A DNA stretch of 64,000 nucleotides from Calditrichia bacterium (GTDB lineage Bacteria; Calditrichota; Calditrichia; JAJRVZ01), in NCBI GenBank assembly GCA_963796965.1, contig CAWCNS010000008.1, positions 96,001 to 160,000 on the forward strand. Direction: 5' to 3'. A model generated the notes under the pieces. It made no database searches, was not told the DNA's origin, and worked only from the letters and a program-made list of their open reading frames with translations. How positions within the stretch are numbered: position 1 is the first letter of the stretch; each line of letters begins with the position of its first letter. Made by a program: the position numbers and the translations under genes. Positions 56,768 to 64,000 of the stretch are shown here, piece after piece.

Positions 56768-59700
56768 TCATTTTATCACCGCAAATTTACCTATCTTTAC
56801 ATCACCGGTCACCTTCGACTCCACATGATAAAGATAATAACCAGCTGCAATTTCCAGCCCCTCTTTGCTACGCAGATCCCAATGAACGGTTCCGTTTGCA
56901 TCCGAATTCAAATCCCATGACGTCCCACGATTTTCCAACGAATTATCTACTTCTATCTGATCTATCAATACCCCGCTGATAGTAAATATCCTGACCGTAC
57001 ATTGCGCTGGTATATGCGTAAACATAATCTGACGACGCTGATTGCGATCCCAGTTCGCTACCGCGCTCTCCATCGTATTCGTCACCACATAGGGATTAGG
57101 AACCACACGTATCTTTTCCATCTCTTCGGCTATATTTCCTTCGTCCAAATCGTCTTCCAAGCCTTCTACCGTGAATACCAGTGAATCATTCATATAAAAC
57201 GGACGCTCAAAATCAATCCGATAGGTGTCATTCGCCTGCGGCATGTCCCCCGCATCTACAATATCACGAAAATCTAACGTAAAAAAGGTGTTGCTCCACA
57301 CATTACCCAATCGATCCTCGATCACATCGCCCACCAATACGTAATCCGAATCCGCATTAAACATGCCGTTGCCATCAAAATCATAGACAACCATATCCAT
57401 CAACGGATGATTACCCGTCGTGTCCGTAAAAGATTTGTTTACGATATAAAAATTAAAACTCTCACCCAGAAGTATATCCTGCCTGGATAAAAAATTACCT
57501 TCGTGATCCGTTATGTTCAAAATCACCTCTGTACGGCTCGTGTACACGGAGTCATCGCTCCAGATGATCTCATAATTCCAGGGAAAATAGCGCCACACAT
57601 CTCTGAACACGATATCATTTCCATTTGGGAGTTGTCTTAAATTAAAATTTACCGGCGAATCACCTACCACCCAACCCGTATTATTTATATCTTTCTCCGC
57701 CCAGATATAAGGCGCCTGACAGCGTAAACGTAAACCATCAAATACATCCGTAACTACATCCTGTGTAATCGCCAGATGGTGGTATACATAGATCTCATTG
57801 TAACTGATAAGATACCTGACCGTGTCCAGATTTTGGGCGACATAATTATCTTTCGTCTCCTGGTAAATCAACGAATCCCCAAGCGTAACATCGTAAACTT
57901 CTATACCATCGTTTAAAAACAAGGCATCATAGGGACTGCGGTAACGTCCGTTCGTTTGGTTATAATCTACAGCGTTTACAGATAATTTTACCTTATAGGT
58001 ATGACCTTTCTTAACGACATGATTATCGTAGATCTCAGGTATTATCTGATACTTCTGAGCAGCCGCCGTACTTCTTTCACTGTCTATATCTATCCCTGGC
58101 GTGTGATAACCGGCCGCTTTCTGATGCGGTTTAACGATCACTACATTGGGCGATATACGGCGAATGTTCTCATTCTCATCCAATTCAAGTACAAAGGTAT
58201 TCTCTGAAGGTGGTATACCTGTTCCAACGTCCGGTACGCCGTAATCATAGGCCACCAGAACGTAATAATACGTACGCCCATTCTGAACCGTATTATCTAT
58301 AAACGAACGGGATAAGCCGGTGTCATCACCCAGATAATATCCTGTCCCGTTGATTAAACCGAAATCCGTAAAATCAGTCTTGTTATCAATCTTGTCACAC
58401 TGAAAAATCGGTTGACGCAGCAATGCACTGCCGTAGCCATCAGTGATTATCATTGGATCGGCCATGAACGGATCGGAGGAACGGTAAAGTTTATAGCCTT
58501 CAAAATCATTGGCATTTTTCACAAATGCATCACGCGTAAACTTATCGGATTTATCATCCCAGTAGAGAGCCACTTTACTGTCACCAGGGGTCGCAGTGAG
58601 TGTGGGCATCAGCGGTGGCTGGGCAAAACGGTAATCCGACTCATAAATAAGTTGTACCACTTCCTTTAAGCGGAATAGAGCCGGTGATTTATGGGCAGAA
58701 GAATTTAAACCGGCCAGGGGATCATAGGCATGCAACTCGGACATGGAAATACGTTCGGTTAAACCCTTATGTAAGGGAAACAAACCGGAGGCAAACTCCT
58801 CCAGATAATTTGTTTGAGTCGGTTGCAATTCATCGAAAATTCCCGGCAGGAGAAATTTAAAGGTGAGTTCATCGGCAGAGGGATTACCCGCGCGACCTTC
58901 ACCCCAATTCATACAGTAGCGAAAAGTTGTGAGACCTAGCATATCGGACTCGTTAACATCCGTTAATCCGAAATTAGGCTCCGCTCCCAAACCTTCCAGA
59001 AGATCCGGTTTATGATTACATTCCGTGCCATCCGCATCTGGACCGCTATAATTCAGATCATAAGGCCCGACCCCATCCAAACCAAGATCATCCCCGGGAT
59101 CCTCGCCAACATCATATTTGCCGTTTTCATTGGCATCATTTCCGTCACGCCAATCCTGATCCTCATCAGCATCCCAATGCTCTTTCAAATCTGATTCTTT
59201 CAGATTATAGAAATTTAGAAAATCACTCAAATTATAAATGCCGTCAGTAGGGCCAACTTTAACTTCAGCAACATTATCACGCATTTCATTTAACAAGCCA
59301 TCTTGATCATTATCGATATCATCATTGGGAATACCCGGGCTTTCCAGATAAGCAACACCAAGGACACCTGGCACTTTTCCGCCGCCAAGCGGTATTCCAT
59401 CCGTATCCCAGGAATAACATAGATTTAATTGCTTATTAAAATAAGAATTATCATCAGCGCCATCGTATTCTTCTCCGCCAACCGCGTTGTCCAGAAGGAG
59501 GCCAAAAGATATCTCCGGTAAATCATGATCTGAAATATTGGCGATGGTATACTCAAAGAAGATGGCATCCATGGCCGACGGATTACTCCACTGAAAACCA
59601 CGTACTTCAGCACGGATACCAATTCCACCCCAGGGTTTTCCCTTCTGAATAGTCACGTCTGGTTTTTTATCACCAATTCTGACATCAGACAGAATTTCAT

Positions 59701-60376
59701 CATTATCATCATAGACTCTTCTTGGAAAATATTTAACATTATCTTCTGGGCCCAAATATTCCAGGTCATGGGCATCATTAGCGACAAAATAACTTTCCTG
59801 ATCGGCCTTCATAACTCCACGGCCAAAACGGCCATTCCATTCTCCAGGCCATTTTAACACCTCACCCCGGGCCGGCCAGCCCAATGGCGGCCAGGAATCC
59901 TCGCGATTACTCATTGCCGGGGTTTCACTCATTTCATTAAAATAACCGAAAACGGGATAAAAACCCCATTCGATGGTTCCTGTAGGATCTCTTTCCATCA
60001 TAACCCGGTAACTTGCCTGTATGTAATACAAGGTATCAAGATCAGTACTGCCATTTATATCATTGATATCAGTGACAGGTATGGAATCGTTTTTAATATG
60101 GACCCGTGCGCCAATGAGCAGTGAATATCCATCATGGCTTTTTGAACCTTCATAATTATTTGGCCACTTCGCCACATCATATCCTAAATCACAGCAATCA
60201 CCTAATTCAGTTGTATTTCGGAACATTAGCAATACACGGTTACCAACCATCCAACCACTACGTTCTGCAGCAATATCTGATGCCGGATCATCCGGTCCTT
60301 CATAGGGGCGGCTCTGGGCAAAAAGATTTGTAGAGAAAAGTGTACATAAAAGAATTAATAGAATAATCTTTGTCAT
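56768..60376 (-). CDS. Paralog A (1202 aa), intact
   Basis: Same architecture; first gene after the PorV-like gene. Confidence 0.88.
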   Translation of the reverse strand: MTKIILLILLCTLFSTNLFAQSRPYEGPDDPASDIAAERSGWMVGNRVLLMFRNTTELGDCCDLGYDVAKWPNNYEGSKSHDGYSLLIGARVHIKNDSIPVTDINDINGSTDLDTLYYIQASYRVMMERDPTGTIEWGFYPVFGYFNEMSETPAMSNREDSWPPLGWPARGEVLKWPGEWNGRFGRGVMKADQESYFVANDAHDLEYLGPEDNVKYFPRRVYDDNDEILSDVRIGDKKPDVTIQKGKPWGGIGIRAEVRGFQWSNPSAMDAIFFEYTIANISDHDLPEISFGLLLDNAVGGEEYDGADDNSYFNKQLNLCYSWDTDGIPLGGGKVPGVLGVAYLESPGIPNDDIDNDQDGLLNEMRDNVAEVKVGPTDGIYNLSDFLNFYNLKESDLKEHWDADEDQDWRDGNDANENGKYDVGEDPGDDLGLDGVGPYDLNYSGPDADGTECNHKPDLLEGLGAEPNFGLTDVNESDMLGLTTFRYCMNWGEGRAGNPSADELTFKFLLPGIFDELQPTQTNYLEEFASGLFPLHKGLTERISMSELHAYDPLAGLNSSAHKSPALFRLKEVVQLIYESDYRFAQPPLMPTLTATPGDSKVALYWDDKSDKFTRDAFVKNANDFEGYKLYRSSDPFMADPMIITDGYGSALLRQPIFQCDKIDNKTDFTDFGLINGTGYYLGDDTGLSRSFIDNTVQNGRTYYYVLVAYDYGVPDVGTGIPPSENTFVLELDENENIRRISPNVVIVKPHQKAAGYHTPGIDIDSERSTAAAQKYQIIPEIYDNHVVKKGHTYKVKLSVNAVDYNQTNGRYRSPYDALFLNDGIEVYDVTLGDSLIYQETKDNYVAQNLDTVRYLISYNEIYVYHHLAITQDVVTDVFDGLRLRCQAPYIWAEKDINNTGWVVGDSPVNFNLRQLPNGNDIVFRDVWRYFPWNYEIIWSDDSVYTSRTEVILNITDHEGNFLSRQDILLGESFNFYIVNKSFTDTTGNHPLMDMVVYDFDGNGMFNADSDYVLVGDVIEDRLGNVWSNTFFTLDFRDIVDAGDMPQANDTYRIDFERPFYMNDSLVFTVEGLEDDLDEGNIAEEMEKIRVVPNPYVVTNTMESAVANWDRNQRRQIMFTHIPAQCTVRIFTISGVLIDQIEVDNSLENRGTSWDLNSDANGTVHWDLRSKEGLEIAAGYYLYHVESKVTGDVKIGKFAVIK

Positions 60377-60399
60377 TTTTTCCCTCTATATTCGTATAA

Positions 60400-60525
60400 A
60401 GGTAATTGGTTTAAAGGGTAATAAGGAAATTAGGTAATTGGGTAATTGGGTGATTAGGTAATCAGGTGATACTTTTTGTTACCCAGTTACCTTATTACCT
60501 AATCACCCAATTACCTATCAACCCA
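60400..60525. repeat. Empty octamer inverted repeat
   Basis: Arms 60400-60470 and 60478-60525. Confidence 0.9.
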
Positions 60526-61593
60526 TTAAAAAGCAAGGCTCAGTGTATAGGCATGCCAGTTTCCCAGTACACCGATGTTGCGATACGCATAATCAATTTT
60601 CAGGGCATTATTATTCATATAATAGAATAACAATCCAAAGCCAAAAGTCTCACCGAACTCAGAATTAACCATCTGTATGCCTTTATAACCGCCTCTCAGG
60701 AAGAGTGCTCCAAAACCAGGTAAAGTAAATGCATATTCACCACCGATATTTATATGTTCACTATTATTATTAGGATGCAAGGCATCAACAGCCAGGGTCA
60801 CACGATGACGCGCTGTATATATTGGGTGGGCGGAAACTCCAATTCTAAATATTAAGGGAAGTTCCCATTCCTGTGTTTCAAACCGTGCTGGAACATAGGC
60901 AAAATTACCAGCTTCATCAGGTTGTTCATCAATGGGACGTTTTAAATCCATCCCGTTGTACTGCATTCTGGTCCCATAATTTGATATACTCATACCAATT
61001 GATAAACCACCGTCCGCATCACCGGTCCATGAGAGAAACGAGGTAGAAACAATCGCTCCCAGATCTATAGCAAAGGCACTGGCGCTTTCATGCCATATCC
61101 GGGAAGTGATATATTTTGCTGTGGCGCCAAAGGAAAAAAATTGTGCAATTTTCCTTCCATAGGACAAACTAAAACTATAATCTAACCCATCAAACTTCTC
61201 ACCCGTTCCCTCCTGCATCAACATGGAAGTTACTTCTTCTTCTCCATAACCCACGTATATTAATCCAACTCCAAAGGTGCCGATTCCCGGAACATGATAA
61301 CCAAAACCAAGATAGGATGTGTTGATGTCTGCCAGCCATGGCTGGTACATTCCCTGGAACTCGTTATTTTCCATATGACCCAATCCAGCTGGATTCCAAT
61401 ATATAGCAGATATATCCGTTGCTAAGCTAACATAAGCGTCACCCATGGCAATTCCTCTGCTACCATAGCCAATCTCTAAGAAATTTGCAGTCGTCGTCCC
61501 CGCTCTGTAGGGCTCCTGAGCCTGAACCGCGGAAAAACTCAAACAGACAAACAATCCAATGAAAATTGTGATTGTTTCTTTACTTCTTTTCAT
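60526..61593 (-). CDS. PorV/PorQ-family outer-membrane beta-barrel
   Basis: GTTTANFLEIGYG..AMGDA..YWNPAGL; terminal Phe; paralog of 24603-25661. Start MKRSK at 61593 has RBS AAGGAG (track start 61635). Confidence 0.82.
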   Translation of the reverse strand: MKRSKETITIFIGLFVCLSFSAVQAQEPYRAGTTTANFLEIGYGSRGIAMGDAYVSLATDISAIYWNPAGLGHMENNEFQGMYQPWLADINTSYLGFGYHVPGIGTFGVGLIYVGYGEEEVTSMLMQEGTGEKFDGLDYSFSLSYGRKIAQFFSFGATAKYITSRIWHESASAFAIDLGAIVSTSFLSWTGDADGGLSIGMSISNYGTRMQYNGMDLKRPIDEQPDEAGNFAYVPARFETQEWELPLIFRIGVSAHPIYTARHRVTLAVDALHPNNNSEHINIGGEYAFTLPGFGALFLRGGYKGIQMVNSEFGETFGFGLLFYYMNNNALKIDYAYRNIGVLGNWHAYTLSLAF

Positions 61594-61634
61594 GATAAAC
61601 TCCTTCATGATATTGTTGAGCAGTCTTTTTTTCA

Positions 61635-64000
61635 TTAGAATATAAATCCCAACCCAAATTTAACCTCTCGCGGAGGAGCAAACATATACGGATTTTGGAC
61701 CGAATCGTAAATGTCATTATAATTACTGCGAAAAGTTGCTTCAGCGGTCGGATATATGATCGCCGTATAAGCCCTACCCGTGTTTGAGTTTACAAAAAGC
61801 TCATTTTTCCGATCCAGCAAATTGTATATTGACAAATAAAGCCTAAGGCTGTTTGACTGACCAAGTCTGAAGTCATAATGTCCCTTAAAGTCTACGGTAT
61901 AGGTATTAGGTCGTTCCGAATTATTAGGATATAAGGTTTGTTTTGCTAAGGGACTTACAGATACAGGTGTAAACGTGAAGGGTTGGCCAGAATTAACATA
62001 CCCTGTCAGCGTTAATCCGAAATTTTGTTTCGAATACATGATACTGAGATTTGCCGTATGTCTCTGATCCCAATTCAGTGGAACAAGATACGGGATAGGA
62101 TCCAAACTTTGACCTTCACGAGAATAGGTTGATGTTGGATTGTCCGCATTACCCCGGGTATACTGGAGCGTATAATTGAGAAAGAAAGCAAAAGGACCGG
62201 TATTATAGTCAAATTTCAACTCAAAGCCTTTAGCATTTCCATAATCTTTATTGCTATATACACCATACCTTATTTGGTTATAGGTCGTATAGACGACCGC
62301 GCTAAGCAAATCATAAATATCTTTATAATAAACAGATACCTCTACACCCATCCTTGGCATGACTTCCAGCCATACACCCATTTCGTACTGTACGGTCTTC
62401 TCTGCTTTAATTTCAGGATTACCGTGAACAATTCCAAAATCATTAGGCGGGACCATATTCCTATAGTTGCTATATATTGCGTAAAGCGGTGGTGTCTGGA
62501 AAAAATGCCCATAGCTGAAGTGCAATACAGCCGCCTTCCCCACCGTATAGGCGAGACCAAAGCGGGGGCTAAATTTGACCTGGGGTTCTGCGTCTGGGTA
62601 GCTAGACATTCGTTCCATATCTAATATTGGCTGTCCGTTGTCGTCATATAATATATTTCCGTCTTGATCTTTTTCATAAAAATTTAATTGATTAGCTGGA
62701 TTTCTGCGTTGTGAAGGATAGGTCGTATTGGGATCAAAATAGTCCAGACGTGCGCCAAGATTGATCACCATATCAGCAAATTCCATTTTATCCTGTATAT
62801 AACCAGAAATCTCATAAGGTTCTTTTGTATAGACGTCCATTGCTATCGAAGAGTCTGGTACAAATTCAGCCTGATAGGGGTAGAATTCAATCTTTTCTTT
62901 CTCAGAATCATATTCATAAAAATGGGCCAGAGGTGAACCTCTTAGCGCATTTTGAATATAGGTTGGCTCGTTGTGCAAACGATGCCCTGTGGCCAGAATA
63001 CCCGTTTTAAGGAAGTTAGATTTGTCTAACTGCCAGGAAAAATCGTACTTTACATTCAAAGTTTGCAATGTACGTTTGTTGTGACCAAAATCCTGTCCAC
63101 CGGAACTAAAACCTCCTGCACCGCTAGAATAACCGCGATGAACGTAACGTGAATCCATAGGATCTTCATATAAATAGAATTCATTTTTATTGTCCGAATA
63201 GGATACTTTAAAGTCATGAAAGATGTTATTCGATATAAGATGGTTTAGTTGAAAAACTGCCATTGCCGTTTCATCATAAGTTGACGCTCTACCGTCGGGT
63301 TTATATTTATATCCATGTCCGGTTGTTGGTCTCTCGTCGTAATTCCAGGTACCCATCAGGGACATTTTCAGATCTGAGGCTAACTGGAAACTTAATTTGC
63401 CCATGAAAGAATATTGTTCGATGGTATTTATCGGTACATAGGCGTTATCACCCGTATGTTCTGAATAATATCGAACGCCATCGATGTCAGCATCCCAGGG
63501 TGTGTTTTCCTCAAATGTATTTGGTGTTGTAAAGTCTGTATAATCATCAACATTAAACCGCCTGATGGCATTAATCCATCCCAGTTGCTTTTGATAACGA
63601 AAATTTGTGAAGAAGGTAATATTATCGTCCCAAATGGGGCCTTCTAATTGAAGTTTAACATCCTCATTTCTAACATCGAAATCATCCAATCCAATCCATA
63701 CATCTTTATTTGATGTGACATAATTTGATATATAACCGATGGCGGATCCATGAAATTCTTTTCGTCCATTTTTGGTTACCACATTTACAATACCACTCAT
63801 AGCCCGGCCGTACTCTGCATTAAATGTACCAGTAATTACTTCAAGATCCTGCGCCACCTCCGGTTCAATTTGTACGAGTTTATTTTCGCCCCTAAAGGCT
63901 TCATCCACCTGCATACCATCTATAAGATAGGATACCTCAGAGAGTCTCCCACCTCTGAAGTGGCCGTCGACAACACCGGTCTGCATTTCGATCACCTGAT
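61635..64000 (-). CDS. TonB-dependent receptor (5' end outside window)
   Basis: HFRGGR..YLIDG; FNAEYGRAMSGIVNVVTK; ends PREVKFGLGFIF; paralog of 33677-36409. Confidence 0.9.
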   Translation of the reverse strand, partial: QVIEMQTGVVDGHFRGGRLSEVSYLIDGMQVDEAFRGENKLVQIEPEVAQDLEVITGTFNAEYGRAMSGIVNVVTKNGRKEFHGSAIGYISNYVTSNKDVWIGLDDFDVRNEDVKLQLEGPIWDDNITFFTNFRYQKQLGWINAIRRFNVDDYTDFTTPNTFEENTPWDADIDGVRYYSEHTGDNAYVPINTIEQYSFMGKLSFQLASDLKMSLMGTWNYDERPTTGHGYKYKPDGRASTYDETAMAVFQLNHLISNNIFHDFKVSYSDNKNEFYLYEDPMDSRYVHRGYSSGAGGFSSGGQDFGHNKRTLQTLNVKYDFSWQLDKSNFLKTGILATGHRLHNEPTYIQNALRGSPLAHFYEYDSEKEKIEFYPYQAEFVPDSSIAMDVYTKEPYEISGYIQDKMEFADMVINLGARLDYFDPNTTYPSQRRNPANQLNFYEKDQDGNILYDDNGQPILDMERMSSYPDAEPQVKFSPRFGLAYTVGKAAVLHFSYGHFFQTPPLYAIYSNYRNMVPPNDFGIVHGNPEIKAEKTVQYEMGVWLEVMPRMGVEVSVYYKDIYDLLSAVVYTTYNQIRYGVYSNKDYGNAKGFELKFDYNTGPFAFFLNYTLQYTRGNADNPTSTYSREGQSLDPIPYLVPLNWDQRHTANLSIMYSKQNFGLTLTGYVNSGQPFTFTPVSVSPLAKQTLYPNNSERPNTYTVDFKGHYDFRLGQSNSLRLYLSIYNLLDRKNELFVNSNTGRAYTAIIYPTAEATFRSNYNDIYDSVQNPYMFAPPREVKFGLGFIF

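Larger units (their letters stand above)
53050..58797. repeat. Two near-identical ~2.03-kb direct repeats: 53050-55079 and 56768-58797
   Basis: Offset 3718 with no gaps. By eye, 3 aa and roughly a dozen nt differences. A second shared block spans ~55230-55605 / ~58951-59326. Confidence 0.92.

Overview
A ~40% GC bacterial window in which every real gene is on the minus strand. AGGAG-type RBSs together with T9SS-type C-terminal domains (CTDs) suggest a non-Bacteroidota FCB lineage such as Calditrichota, KSB1 or Marinisomatota (inference). Left part (1-24.5 kb): a fucose-centred glycan locus with three GH29, one GH95, a GH141-like-PDZ protein, two GH2, one GH31, two SSS symporters, a transglutaminase-like protein and a secreted deacetylase-like protein. 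Right part (24.6-64 kb): two SusD-less modules, each with a TonB-dependent receptor, a PorV/PorQ-like barrel and tandem ~1200-aa secreted proteins with a variant CTD; there are seven paralogs, named A-G in transcription order. Within A/B and within C/D/E, the C-terminal ~650 aa are nearly identical, while discrete N-terminal segments are hypervariable and mosaic, resembling a constant/variable receptor repertoire. Most intergenic spacers are built from inverted arms of 7-9-nt tandem repeats, and some are nested with REP-like and ~22-nt mini-insertions. Two four-helix-bundle (23S IVP/Avd-like) genes each sit in the loop of such an inverted repeat; one interrupts the symmetry centre of a repeat found empty at five other sites. 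Scattered single-base frameshifts are most likely assembly errors. All family calls come from motif recognition by eye; no searches were run.
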